DNA of 64,000 nucleotides from an uncultured Verrucomicrobiae bacterium (GTDB lineage: Bacteria > Verrucomicrobiota > Verrucomicrobiia > Chthoniobacterales > UBA10450). Of the stretch, positions 19,514 to 29,656 are shown one piece after another. Under the pieces are notes generated by a model. It was not told the DNA's origin and did no database searches. It worked only from the letters and a program-made list of their open reading frames with translations. Position numbers and translations under genes: made by a program. The stretch is from contig CAVTMK010000002.1 of assembly GCA_963735805.1 (NCBI GenBank), positions 800,001 through 864,000 on the forward strand, in the 5' to 3' direction. Within the stretch, counting starts at the first letter, position 1. Every line of letters starts with the position of its first letter.

Positions 19514-21916
19514 GTGTTGCCATCACTTTCCCATTCTTCTAACCCCGATTTCGCGCGCACAATCGCGCGAAAGTTCGCTGATGGCCGGTTTCTTATTGTA
19601 GGCGCGAACTCTGAGGAGATTGAGCGCGAATTTGCTGATGCGAAAAGAGAAGCTGTTGCCTTGCGGTTTCCCGGCGACCTGACGGCGAAGCTGGGACACG
19701 GTGACGGCGCATCGCGCTTTGAGACCGCAGTTTGGTTTTATCCTTCCGGAGAAAATGATGATGAATGCACGGTGGAAGCGCTGTCGCATTCCGCGGCGAA
19801 CATTGTGCTTATCCCGGGTCTCGGAGTTGATGCTGCCAGCCGCCGTCCGAAACTCGTACAGCGTTTCGAGCGCTTCGGACTATTGCCTGATTACGAATGC
19901 GATTTCATCGAGTTGGATCCCGGGGTCATATGTCTTCGTCGTCAACCAGGCGCAGCGGCCGGAGCGCTAACGCCGGCAGTGGAGGCGGCTTTTTCCGCTC
20001 TTAGCAAGGCTTTCGGCGCCTTGAAACGATCACTTCAAGCCCGCACCTCTGAATTGGAGGCGGCCCAAGATCATATCGCCGTACTGGAAGAAAAATTACT
20101 CAAACTTAAGGAATATCGACGGGAATTGAAATTGCTGAAAGAACAGAGGCAAACCCTGCGCAAATCGCCCGAGCGCCGCGTGGGCCAGATATTACTGACG
20201 CCATATCGTCTTCCTGAAAAATTGGCGAAAAAGATTTGGAAGAAACTCTATCGACACGCAAGAGAAGGTCGAAGTCCCGTGGCGTCAAGCGAATATCAGA
20301 AGTGGTTCGAGAGGCATCGCGTGACTGCGCGTGACTTACGCCAAATGCGAAACGAATCGCGCGCGTTTGCTTTGAGGCCCCTGATTAGCGTAATCACCCC
20401 CGTATTCGACACGCCTTTGCAACGGCTTGAGGAAGCGATCGAATCCGTGCGCGCGCAAGCATACGAAAATTGGGAGCTCCTGGTAGTCGACGATGGATCG
20501 GGCGCCGCCGATTTGCTTCGTGCGCTGCCCGACCTGGCCGCCCGCGATCAGCGAATTACCCTAAAAAGCCTTGAAAAGCATGCAGGTATCTCGATGGCGT
20601 CGAATCAAGGGGTGGCACTCGCCCGGGGGGAGTGGGTCACTTTCCTCGATCATGATGACGTCATTGAGCCCGATGCGCTTTTCCAGATTGTGAAACTCTT
20701 GCAGACGCATCCCGACGCCGATGTGGTTTATTCCGACGAAGACAAGCTTGGCGAAGACGGTTTCGAGGCTCCTTTGTTTAAGCCAGATTGGTCGCCAGAC
20801 TTTTTCAGTTCTTACAATTATGTTGGCCATTTAACAGCAGTGCGCCGCGATCTAGTGCAAAATACCGGTGGCTTTCGGTCTCAATTCGATAGCGCGCAGG
20901 ATTATGACCTCTTCTTTCGCGTGACCGAGCAGGCCAGGGAAATTCATCATATCCCGCGGGTCCTGTATCATTGGCGGCGATCGGAAAACTCCAGTGCGAT
21001 CAGTGTTCGTCAAAAACCGCAACAGCTAGAGGCGTCGCGGCGTGCGATCGAAAATCATCTGAGCCGCAGCGGCGAGTCGGCTCATGTGGCCGTGGACTGG
21101 CGCACACACGCTTTCTATGTGAGGCGGGAGTTGCGGGAGGTTAAGAAAATTTCGCTCATCATTCGGAGTGGCGGTGACCTCAGTACGCTTAATCGATGTA
21201 TCGACAGCGTCACGAGCAGAACAAGTTATCCAAGTTATGAGATCGTGATCGTTCACGACAATACAGCTTTCGGTGGATCCGCTTTTCGGTCGCGTTTTCC
21301 ATGTCGTTCGCTGCGTTTCTCTGGAGCGGCCAATGACTCCGCATTAAGAAATTTCGCGGTGAAGCAAACAAGTGATCCTTGGATTCTTTTCTTGAATGAC
21401 ACGGTTGACCCTATTGAACCGGACTGGCTGACAATCATGGCCGAGCATATCCAGCGAGCAGAAGTTGGAGCCGTAGGCGCGCAACTGCTGAATTCCGATG
21501 GCACGCTCGAACAGGCGGGGATGGTTGTGGGCGGCGATAAGACTGTACAACCTGCTCGTTCTCCGGCGGAATCTCGTGGGGCGAATCGACAACTGCAGGT
21601 GACGCGCAACTGCAGCGTTGTTTCGAGCGCGTGTATGTCGACCCGGCGTGAAGTTTTTGAGCAAGCTGGCGGATTCGATGAAAGTCTGGAAGGCATGCTC
21701 GCCGATGTGGATTTTTGCTTTAAAATACGACGAGAGGGTTATCTGATTGTTTACACTCCATTCGCAAAACTTTGCTGGTCTGAAGCGCCACCAGATGAGA
21801 TCGACATGAAAGGCGAGGCCATTATACGTGAACGCTGGCCGGACGTTTTGCGAGGTGATCCCTATTACAATCCAAATCTTTCTCGCGAACGGGCTGATTT
21901 CTCGCTAGGAAAATAA
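19514..21916 (+). CDS. Multidomain GT2 glycosyltransferase (N-domain, coiled coil, two GT2 domains)
   Basis: ISVITPVFD...VVDDGS...FLDHDD...YSDEDK...AQDYDL, then a second GT2-like domain ending DPYYNPNLS. Heptad-rich segment ELEAAQDHIAVLEEKLLKLKE. Confidence 0.85.
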   Translation: MLPSLSHSSNPDFARTIARKFADGRFLIVGANSEEIEREFADAKREAVALRFPGDLTAKLGHGDGASRFETAVWFYPSGENDDECTVEALSHSAANIVLIPGLGVDAASRRPKLVQRFERFGLLPDYECDFIELDPGVICLRRQPGAAAGALTPAVEAAFSALSKAFGALKRSLQARTSELEAAQDHIAVLEEKLLKLKEYRRELKLLKEQRQTLRKSPERRVGQILLTPYRLPEKLAKKIWKKLYRHAREGRSPVASSEYQKWFERHRVTARDLRQMRNESRAFALRPLISVITPVFDTPLQRLEEAIESVRAQAYENWELLVVDDGSGAADLLRALPDLAARDQRITLKSLEKHAGISMASNQGVALARGEWVTFLDHDDVIEPDALFQIVKLLQTHPDADVVYSDEDKLGEDGFEAPLFKPDWSPDFFSSYNYVGHLTAVRRDLVQNTGGFRSQFDSAQDYDLFFRVTEQAREIHHIPRVLYHWRRSENSSAISVRQKPQQLEASRRAIENHLSRSGESAHVAVDWRTHAFYVRRELREVKKISLIIRSGGDLSTLNRCIDSVTSRTSYPSYEIVIVHDNTAFGGSAFRSRFPCRSLRFSGAANDSALRNFAVKQTSDPWILFLNDTVDPIEPDWLTIMAEHIQRAEVGAVGAQLLNSDGTLEQAGMVVGGDKTVQPARSPAESRGANRQLQVTRNCSVVSSACMSTRREVFEQAGGFDESLEGMLADVDFCFKIRREGYLIVYTPFAKLCWSEAPPDEIDMKGEAIIRERWPDVLRGDPYYNPNLSRERADFSLGK

Positions 21917-21935
21917 AAACCGCTGAGTTCGCTGA

Positions 21936-22682
21936 ATGAGCAAGCACAAAGAAAATCTTTGGCAGGGTATCGACGTTGGTGCGCGAGACAGCCTAAGCAC
22001 CCGGGATTACCGTTCTGCATCCTTACCGCAGGAGTTTTCACAACGAGGCGTGGACGCGAGCGAGCTCGCCGCCGCGGATCGGAGCCAGCCCCAAATTAGA
22101 GAAGCCTGGATCCCGGGTGTGGAAATTTTTGCGCGAAAAATTCACCCGCAGCGGCACCGTGGCCTTTTTGGCGAGTTTGTGCGGCGCGACGAAGGTATTC
22201 TCGCGCAGATTGGCCTTTGGCCCACGCAATGGTCAGCCGCGCGGATGTTTTCGGGAACGGCAAAGGGTTTTCATGTGCATCCACCCGGTATTCCAGAAAA
22301 TAGTGACCCAGTGGATTGGTTGCGTCACTTGTATGTCGATGAGCCGGATAACTATTCAGCGCGGAGCTATGAAAGCGAACAATGGGACGTGATGTTTTTT
22401 ATTCAGGGGCAGGTCGAGATAATTCTATACGACATTCGCGCTGGACTACCGCGAAGGGTGATGCGCTTTTTTGTGGATGGCGACAATCATCGCGGCAATA
22501 ACAACGTGGGCGTCATAATTCCACCAGGTGTGGCGCACGCCATTCGCGTAGAAGGTACAGAAGACGTGGTCATGGTCTACGGGACTAGCACGGTTTTCCA
22601 CCCGGAATTCGAAGGACGGATTGCGAGCGAACTCGAGAATTCGGAGTTACCCGAATCCTGGCTGAAATTTCTTTCGCTTTAG
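21936..22682 (+). CDS. RmlC-like cupin (dTDP-sugar epimerase family, divergent)
   Basis: IPGVEIF...RGLFGEF, KGFHVH, QWDVMF, IPPGVAHA. Confidence 0.65.
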   Translation: MSKHKENLWQGIDVGARDSLSTRDYRSASLPQEFSQRGVDASELAAADRSQPQIREAWIPGVEIFARKIHPQRHRGLFGEFVRRDEGILAQIGLWPTQWSAARMFSGTAKGFHVHPPGIPENSDPVDWLRHLYVDEPDNYSARSYESEQWDVMFFIQGQVEIILYDIRAGLPRRVMRFFVDGDNHRGNNNVGVIIPPGVAHAIRVEGTEDVVMVYGTSTVFHPEFEGRIASELENSELPESWLKFLSL

Positions 22683-22853
22683 GGGCGCCGGTGATTGCCG
22701 CGTTATTTCTTCCGGCGCTTGCCAGCCCGGCAGTTTTCAAAGTTTGGATGAATAGAATTTGAACCATAGAGCCGGCATCGGTACCAGATTTTTGTTTCAT
22801 TGGGCATCAAACGCTCGTAGAGGAAAACCAAGCTCTGAACAAAGCCAAAAGGT

Positions 22854-23312
22854 ATGGCGTTCTCAGTAATCATTATCCTCTACGTTTGTGTTGGGTTCTT
22901 GGCGGCCGCTGGATCGATGTGCATTTCGAAGAAATTGTTTTCTCCAAAAACAGAGCAGATTTTCTTCGCTCTGTTTCTCGTCGCAATCGCGGGATTTTAT
23001 CTGGCGTTCACTGCCTACTTCGGAGATCGAGGAGCGTGGAGACTCGAAACCGGCGGCGTGATTGTGTTCGCTGTCTTCGGTCTTCTCGGTATTCGAGTGC
23101 CAGTTGTGCTTATAATGGGTTACTTCTTACACGGAGTTTGGGATGTTCTTCACGAGATGCATGCTCATGGTGGGCCGGATCTGTTCGGAGTTCAGCAACC
23201 GACTAAGATTCCGTTGGCGTACGGCGCGTTTTGTGTGGCCTACGACTGGTCTATGGCGGCATATTTCTACACTCGGCGTGGTCAATGGCGTGCCGCTTGG
23301 GTTGGGCGATAG
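22854..23312 (+). CDS. Hypothetical membrane protein
   Basis: 4-5 TM helices, GYFLHGVWDVLH and YGAFCVAYD motifs. Confidence 0.65.
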   Translation: MAFSVIIILYVCVGFLAAAGSMCISKKLFSPKTEQIFFALFLVAIAGFYLAFTAYFGDRGAWRLETGGVIVFAVFGLLGIRVPVVLIMGYFLHGVWDVLHEMHAHGGPDLFGVQQPTKIPLAYGAFCVAYDWSMAAYFYTRRGQWRAAWVGR

Positions 23313-23345
23313 CCCACTATGCGCGCTTCGGCGCCGCTAAAGTGA

Positions 23346-24035
23346 ATGAAGCGACGCTTCAACCCGGCTGTATTGGAGATGATGGATCGGCCGCAGCCGG
23401 TCTCTCCCGAGTTAGAGCGGGACCTGGAACGTATTCGGCAACTCAACCGCTGGTTCGGTAGCTATCGCCTTGTCTCGAGGTTTATGCGCCGCTGGATCAA
23501 ATCCGGCGCGCGAATGCACATTGTCGATCTCGCCACAGGCTCAGGCGACATACCGCGGTTAATCGTCGATTATGCGCGTAAAATCGGCGCACACGTTGCG
23601 ATCGACGCGATCGATCAACAAGCTGCGACGCTGGAAATCGCCAGGAAGCTGAGCGTCGACTATCCGGAAATTTCCTACCACGAAGCGAACATTCTGGAAT
23701 GGGATCCTGTCGAGCCGAGCGACATCGTTCTGTGCACGCTTGCGCTCCATCACTTCAGCGACGAAGACGCTGTGAAAGTCCTGCGGCGCTGCCGCGAATT
23801 GCGCCGAAAATTTGTTCTGGTGTCGGATTTGCGGCGCGGATTTCTCGTTCGTTTCGGTGTGCATTTTTTGACCACGCTGATTTTTCGTGAACCAATGACG
23901 CGTTACGATGCGCGTCTTTCCACCGAACGCGCCTTCTCATTTTCTGAAATGCGCGATCTCGCGGTGCGCTCTGGTTTACGGAATTTTGGGCACAAGAAAT
24001 TTCGCCTTGCGCGCCAGGCAATCTGGCTTGAATGA
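23346..24035 (+). CDS. Class I SAM-dependent methyltransferase
   Basis: EMMD, VDLATGSGD (motif I), TLALHHF, DLRR. Confidence 0.85.
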   Translation: MKRRFNPAVLEMMDRPQPVSPELERDLERIRQLNRWFGSYRLVSRFMRRWIKSGARMHIVDLATGSGDIPRLIVDYARKIGAHVAIDAIDQQAATLEIARKLSVDYPEISYHEANILEWDPVEPSDIVLCTLALHHFSDEDAVKVLRRCRELRRKFVLVSDLRRGFLVRFGVHFLTTLIFREPMTRYDARLSTERAFSFSEMRDLAVRSGLRNFGHKKFRLARQAIWLE

Positions 24036-24139
24036 GGTTAACAAGCGATTCGCTTTGGTGCGGCGCGGGCGTGGGAAATCCTTGAGATTTGGCCCGTGAA
24101 AACGTGCTCAGATTAATCAAATAAGGAGGTGCGTAGTTT

Positions 24140-25534
24140 ATGCCGTTATTGAAACCAGACCCAACGTTTTATCCCTCGCCAAAACTGGCGATGCAGGCTC
24201 CTCCAGAAAAACATGCGTTCATCGCTGCGCTGAATCCGCCGGGCAGCAAACTTCACGACGCACTGCTGGTCGTCGATGTTGATCCCAAGTCGTCCACGTA
24301 CGGCCGGCGCGTGGGCGAAGTGAAGTTGCCAAACTTTGGCGATGAACTGCATCACTTTGGTTGGAATGCATGCAGCTCGGCGCTCTGTCCTTATGCGCCC
24401 CATCCACACGTCGAGCGACGCTATCTGGTTGTGCCCGGTATCCGCTCGTCGCGTATTCATATTATTGACACGAAGCCGGACCCGCGGAAACCGAAGATCG
24501 TCAAAGTGATCGAACCCGAGGAAGTTTTTGCGCGCACGAATTATTCGCGTCCGCACACGATTCACTGCGGACCGGAAGCCATTTACGTTAGTGCACTTGG
24601 AGATTCCAAGGGCGACGGCCCGGGCGGCATTTTCATGCTCGATTGCGAAACGTTCGAGGTTCTTGGGCAATGGGAAGTAAACCGCGGCCCGCAATTTTTA
24701 CATTATGATTTTTGGTGGCATCTCGGCTTTGACACGTTGCTTACCAGTGAATGGGGGACGCCGAAGATGATCGAGAACGGAGTTCAACCAGACCTGCTTC
24801 TTGGCGGCAAATACGGCCATCAAATGCATGTCTGGGATCTGCGTAGGCGACGACACCTTCAGACGCTCGACCTGGGCAGCGACCAGCAAATGGTTCTCGA
24901 GATGCGTCCCGCACACGATCCGACCAAAGCGTACGGTTTCGTCAGTGTGGTCGTTTCGCTCAAGGACTTGTCCGCCTCGATTTGGCTGTGGCATCGCGGC
25001 AACGGGGCGTGGGACGTGAAGAAAGTCATCGAAATTCCGGCCGAACCTGCCGAGCCGGACAGACTTCCGGCGTTACTTAAAGATTTTAAAGCGGTGCCGC
25101 CCCTCGTGACGGACATCAATTTGTCGCTGGACGACAAATTTCTTTATGTCTCCTGCTTTGGAACAGGCGAGTTCTTGCAATACGATGTGTCGGATCCGTT
25201 TAATCCGAAGAAGACCGGTTCCATGCGAATAGGTGGCATCGTCAATCGCACGCCGCATCCGAAGGATCCTAATCGGTCGCTAGCCGGTGGGCCGCAAATG
25301 GTGGAAGTGAGCCGTGATGGCAAACGCATTTATTTCACTAACTCACTGTATGCCGCGTGGGACGAGCAATTTTACCCGGACGGCGTAGGCAGTTGGATGG
25401 TCAAACTTGATGCTGCTCCTCAAGGCGGCATGACCTTGGACAAAGACTTTTTTGTCGAGAGCGACGATTATCGTGTTCATCAGATCCGCCTCGAGGGCGG
25501 CGATTCTTCCAGCGATTCGTTTTGTTTTCCGTGA
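24140..25534 (+). CDS. Selenium-binding protein SBP56 family (SELENBP1 / methanethiol oxidase-like)
   Basis: RBS AAGGAGG. DPTFYPSP, GDELHHFGWNACSS, RPHTIHC, YDFWWH, SEWG, GGPQM, WDEQFYP, EGGDSSSD. Confidence 0.92.
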   Translation: MPLLKPDPTFYPSPKLAMQAPPEKHAFIAALNPPGSKLHDALLVVDVDPKSSTYGRRVGEVKLPNFGDELHHFGWNACSSALCPYAPHPHVERRYLVVPGIRSSRIHIIDTKPDPRKPKIVKVIEPEEVFARTNYSRPHTIHCGPEAIYVSALGDSKGDGPGGIFMLDCETFEVLGQWEVNRGPQFLHYDFWWHLGFDTLLTSEWGTPKMIENGVQPDLLLGGKYGHQMHVWDLRRRRHLQTLDLGSDQQMVLEMRPAHDPTKAYGFVSVVVSLKDLSASIWLWHRGNGAWDVKKVIEIPAEPAEPDRLPALLKDFKAVPPLVTDINLSLDDKFLYVSCFGTGEFLQYDVSDPFNPKKTGSMRIGGIVNRTPHPKDPNRSLAGGPQMVEVSRDGKRIYFTNSLYAAWDEQFYPDGVGSWMVKLDAAPQGGMTLDKDFFVESDDYRVHQIRLEGGDSSSDSFCFP

Positions 25535-26196
25535 GCGATCTCTGGCCGTGGCTCGTGGTCTTTGGGCTAGGCCTCTTTCACGGTGTCAATCCCGCCATGG
25601 GATGGTTGTTTGCCGTGGCGCTGGGGTTGCAGGAACAAAAACGCGCAGCAGTACTCCGCGCACTAGCGCCGATCGCGCTGGGTCACGCGCTTTCCATCGG
25701 CATTATCCTTGCCGCGGTCATTCTGGCCCGAATAAGCGTGCCGCACAGGACTCTAAAAATCGCCGCTGCCGCAATTTTGTTCGCTTTCGGATTGTACCGT
25801 TTGTTTCGGTCCCGTCATCCCAAATGGATCGGCATGCGCGTTGGTTTTGGCGATTTAACTCTGTGGTCTTTTATCATGGCATCAGCACATGGCGCCGGCC
25901 TGATGCTCGTCCCGTTATTTCTTGCGTCATCGCCCATGCCAGACGCCCACCACGTTGGTTCGCATGATGGCATTCACCACACTTTCGCATGGGGATTTGC
26001 AAATTTTAGTAGTACCTCTCTGCTGACGGCTTCCGTTGTGGTTCACACGCTGGGATATCTTTTAATGACGGCACTCGTTGCGATGCTGGTCTACGAAAAG
26101 TTCGGTGTTGGCATGCTACGGCACGCCTGGTTCAACGTCGATTTGATCTGGATGGTTGCATTGATGATAACAGGGGTACTCATCCTGCTCCTTTGA
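25531..26196 (+). CDS. His-rich polytopic membrane protein coupled to SBP56
   Basis: GTGA overlap with the SBP56 stop. FHGVNPAMGWLFAV, GHALS, SAHGAGLM, DAHHVGSHDGIHH. About 6 TM. Confidence 0.8.
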   Translation: MSDLWPWLVVFGLGLFHGVNPAMGWLFAVALGLQEQKRAAVLRALAPIALGHALSIGIILAAVILARISVPHRTLKIAAAAILFAFGLYRLFRSRHPKWIGMRVGFGDLTLWSFIMASAHGAGLMLVPLFLASSPMPDAHHVGSHDGIHHTFAWGFANFSSTSLLTASVVVHTLGYLLMTALVAMLVYEKFGVGMLRHAWFNVDLIWMVALMITGVLILLL

Positions 26197-26266
26197 CCCC
26201 GCACTCCAGCGGCCAAAACAGATTCATGAATTCGCGTCTCGCAGACAATTGAGTGATGCTCATTGC

Positions 26267-27094
26267 GTGAAAGTTCTCACGACCGTCGCTGAGGCTCAGT
26301 CGTGTTTGGAAAACAAACCTCGAGTCCTTGTTCCAACCATGGGCGCACTGCATAAGGCGCATGGGGAAATGGTCCGCGTCGCGCGGGAACACGCTGGTAA
26401 CGATGGCGAGGTTGCGTTGAGTATATTCGTAAATCCGCTGCAGTTTGAACCCGGCAGCGATTACGATCGATATCCACGTTTGGAAAAAAAAGACGAAGAA
26501 TTCTGTCGGTACGTCGGAGTCGATCTTTTGTTTCGTCCCAGTGTTACGGAGATGTACGGCGTGGATCGGTCCGTGTTCGTCGAGGAGTCCTCTCTTTCAA
26601 GTACGCTAGAGGGCAAATCACGCCCCGGACATTTTCGCGGTGTTTGCACGGTTGTTGCGAAATTGTTCAATATTCTTTCACCGGACGCGGCTTTGTTTGG
26701 CGAGAAGGATTTTCAGCAACTGGTGATCGTCCGCCGTATGGTGCGTGACCTCAATTTCAAGACCAGGATAATTGCTGTGCCTACGATGCGCGAAGACGAC
26801 GGCCTGGCATGCAGTTCGCGCAATCAGTATCTGAATACGGAAGAACGCAAGCAGGCGACCGTTTTGCATAAGGCGCTGAGGGCCGCTACGACTGCCGGCG
26901 ACAAATCCGCGAGAGAAATCGTCGATCTTGTCCGTAAAGTCATCAGTGAAGCGCCACTTGCGCGGATCGACTATGTGGAGCTTGTGGATCTGGAAACTCT
27001 GCAACCCATTGAGAAAGGCAGACCCAGTTCATTGCTCACACTTGCTGTGGTCTTTGGGAAGACTCGCTTGATCGACAATATCCGATTGGGATGA
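26267..27094 (+). CDS. panC: Pantoate--beta-alanine ligase
   Basis: VPTMGALH, SIFVNPLQF, RPGHFRGV, FGEKDFQQ, SSRN, RLIDN. GTG start at 26267. Confidence 0.95.
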   Translation: MKVLTTVAEAQSCLENKPRVLVPTMGALHKAHGEMVRVAREHAGNDGEVALSIFVNPLQFEPGSDYDRYPRLEKKDEEFCRYVGVDLLFRPSVTEMYGVDRSVFVEESSLSSTLEGKSRPGHFRGVCTVVAKLFNILSPDAALFGEKDFQQLVIVRRMVRDLNFKTRIIAVPTMREDDGLACSSRNQYLNTEERKQATVLHKALRAATTAGDKSAREIVDLVRKVISEAPLARIDYVELVDLETLQPIEKGRPSSLLTLAVVFGKTRLIDNIRLG

Positions 27095-28683
27095 AGGAAT
27101 ACGATTTCGTGGTGATCGGCAGCGGTATCGCCGGCCTCAGTTTTGCGTTGAAAGCGGCAAAGCATGGGTCGGTAGCCGTTATAACGAAACGCAAAGGCTC
27201 CGATACCAACACAGCCTGGGCGCAGGGCGGGATTGCCTGCGTCACAAGTGATGAAGATTCATTTGAGCTCCACGTGCGCGATACGCTGGAGGCAGGCGCT
27301 GGCCTGTGTGACGAGACGGTCGTGCGCACGATCGTGACCGAAGGCCCGGAGCGTATCCGCGAACTTGTGGAACTCGGTCTGCAGTTTGATGAGCGTGAGA
27401 TTTCGGGACATCGTGAACTTGATCTCGGCAAAGAAGGCGGTCATTCCAAGCGCCGCGTCCTTCACGTCCGAGACGTTACCGGCAGGGAGATCGAAGATAC
27501 TTTGCTGCGCGAATTGGGCCGACAATCGCATGTCCAGCTACTGGAAAATCACATGGCGGTTGATTTGATCACCGCAGCTAAGCTCGGTTTCGCGGCAGAA
27601 GACCGCTGCCTTGGCGTGTACGTTCTAGATGAGAACACCGGACAGGTAGAAACCATCCGCTCAGACCGGATCGTGATTGCGACCGGTGGTTGCGGCAAAG
27701 TTTACCTGTACACGACCAATCCGGACATAGCGACGGGAGACGGTGTGGCCATGGCTTGGCGTGCCGGCGTGGAAATTGCGAACATGGAGTTCATGCAGTT
27801 TCATCCTACCTGTCTTTTTCACCCAGAGGCGAAATCATTTCTCATTTCGGAAGCGGTGCGCGGTGAGGGAGGCATTTTGCGCAATAATCGCGGCGAAGAC
27901 TTTATGAAGCGCTACGATAGACGCGGTTCACTGGCGCCGCGCGACGTTGTCGCACGCGCGATCGATGCAGAGATAAAACGCTCAGGCGCCAAGTGCGTGT
28001 TTTTAGATATCACGCATAAATCGCCCGAATTTGTTAGGGAACGTTTTCCACATATTTATCAGACGTGTCTGCGGTTCGGGATCGACATGTCGAAGCAGGC
28101 AATCCCTGTAGTGCCGGCTGCCCATTATCAATGTGGCGGAATTAAAACGGATGTGAACGGTACCACCAGTTTGCCCGGGCTTTACGCTATTGGGGAGGTC
28201 GCGTGCACGGGATTGCACGGGGCAAATCGGCTTGCCAGCAATTCGTTGCTGGAAGGTTTAGTAGTCGCCCACCGTGCTGCAACTGGCGCCATTCGGGGGC
28301 GGTCCACTCCGAGACAACAGGTCCCCCTGCCGGAGTGGAAATCAGGAAATGTGCAGGACGTCGATGAACTGGTCGTGATTTACCACAATTGGGACGAGAT
28401 TAGACGGTTGATGTGGGATTACGTGGGAATTGTGCGCACCGACAAGCGATTGCAGCGCGCCAGTGCGCGGCTGCGAAATCTCCAGCGTGAGATTCGCGAG
28501 TTCTATTGGAATTTCAAAGTGTCCGCTGACCTTCTTGAGCTGCGTAACTTAGCGGGGGTAGCCGCGCTAATTGTCGATTCGGCGTTGTGTCGCAAAGAGA
28601 GCCGCGGCCTCCACTATACATTGGATTATCCAGCAACGGATGATTCTCAATTCAAATGCGACACCGTGCTGAGCCGCGATTAA
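27091..28683 (+). CDS. nadB: L-aspartate oxidase
   Basis: GSGIAG, AQGGIA, EGGHSKRR, QFHPT, AAHYQCGG, GLHGANRLASNSLLE, ESRGLHY. Confidence 0.95.
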   Translation: MKEYDFVVIGSGIAGLSFALKAAKHGSVAVITKRKGSDTNTAWAQGGIACVTSDEDSFELHVRDTLEAGAGLCDETVVRTIVTEGPERIRELVELGLQFDEREISGHRELDLGKEGGHSKRRVLHVRDVTGREIEDTLLRELGRQSHVQLLENHMAVDLITAAKLGFAAEDRCLGVYVLDENTGQVETIRSDRIVIATGGCGKVYLYTTNPDIATGDGVAMAWRAGVEIANMEFMQFHPTCLFHPEAKSFLISEAVRGEGGILRNNRGEDFMKRYDRRGSLAPRDVVARAIDAEIKRSGAKCVFLDITHKSPEFVRERFPHIYQTCLRFGIDMSKQAIPVVPAAHYQCGGIKTDVNGTTSLPGLYAIGEVACTGLHGANRLASNSLLEGLVVAHRAATGAIRGRSTPRQQVPLPEWKSGNVQDVDELVVIYHNWDEIRRLMWDYVGIVRTDKRLQRASARLRNLQREIREFYWNFKVSADLLELRNLAGVAALIVDSALCRKESRGLHYTLDYPATDDSQFKCDTVLSRD

Positions 28684-28805
28684 TGCTCTAACTGACATCG
28701 TTAATGCCCGATTTCTGTGATGTTTACACGCTTCCGGACCGAGATCGTCGGAAATTCGCCTTGCCTAAGTGCGCGAAATCAGATAGGAGATGGCGGCGTT
28801 TGAAG

Positions 28806-29639
28806 ATGAGGAGACTTCTAGCGGCTTGTTTGAGTCTAGGGATTGCATGCGTTGCTAAAGCCGACGAGCAATCCACTTCGCCCTATGCGACAGCCGCCGA
28901 TTTTGCGAAGTACGCGATGAAGTTGCGGGAGCAGGCCATGCTCAAAGTAGAGCCTCAGGTTTTTATCCCAACCAGCTCGCGCCCTGCGATGCAGCGTTAT
29001 CCATGGAAGACCAACATCGTGACCACTGTTTTTTGGGTTGGAGAGCAGGCCGGAGGCAACAACCCGGTTCCAAATTACAGAAGTTCATGGGACGCTAACT
29101 GGACGAACAACTACGGCGGTTTCGATAATCCTGATCCGTCAGCACGCCGTAGTTACCTTCCGATTGCATTTATTCCGCGCCAAAACCCATTTTACTGCGC
29201 TCTGCCATACAACGACGTGACACACGGTCAGTTCAAGCCGGAAGCGCCACTGGTGATTCCATGGTTTAAGCAATCTTATACCGGGCCGGGGCAGTCAGTT
29301 TGTTGGCATCACTGGGTAGCCATTCGGAGGGGAAATCGTACGTGTTATGCGCAATGGGAGGATTGCGGTCCGTTTCGCACGGACCATTTTCAGTACGTTT
29401 TCGGAAATGAGCGTCCCAAGCCAAACCTTAACCACGGTGCCGGGCTAGATGTCTCTCCGGCGGTGCGCGATTACCTGGGGCTGGCACCCACTGACGTCAC
29501 CGATTGGCAATTCATCGAAGTTCGTGACGTTCCCCCTGGCCCGTGGCGAAGCTACGGCGAAAATAATCATTTTGTCATCGCGCGTCGCCAGAACGAGCAG
29601 CGAATGGCCGACCGCGGTCTCGGCGCGGCGAAAAAGTAA
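28806..29639 (+). CDS. Secreted hypothetical protein with RlpA/DPBB-like C-terminal motifs
   Basis: Signal peptide MRRLLAACLSLGIACVAKA. NPFYCALPY, WEDCGPF and GLDVSPAVRDYLG. Confidence 0.65.
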   Translation: MRRLLAACLSLGIACVAKADEQSTSPYATAADFAKYAMKLREQAMLKVEPQVFIPTSSRPAMQRYPWKTNIVTTVFWVGEQAGGNNPVPNYRSSWDANWTNNYGGFDNPDPSARRSYLPIAFIPRQNPFYCALPYNDVTHGQFKPEAPLVIPWFKQSYTGPGQSVCWHHWVAIRRGNRTCYAQWEDCGPFRTDHFQYVFGNERPKPNLNHGAGLDVSPAVRDYLGLAPTDVTDWQFIEVRDVPPGPWRSYGENNHFVIARRQNEQRMADRGLGAAKK

Positions 29640-29656
29640 GCGTAGACAACGAGAGT

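Noticed and set aside
23346..25534. Methyltransferase plus SBP56 as a thiol methylation/oxidation cycle
   Set aside because: The methyltransferase shows no thiol-specific feature, and SBP56 has its own strong RBS after a 104-nt gap. Adjacency alone is not enough.
26330..26370. PanC HxGH motif reads HKAH
   Set aside because: A single conservative Gly-to-Ala change. All other catalytic motifs are intact.
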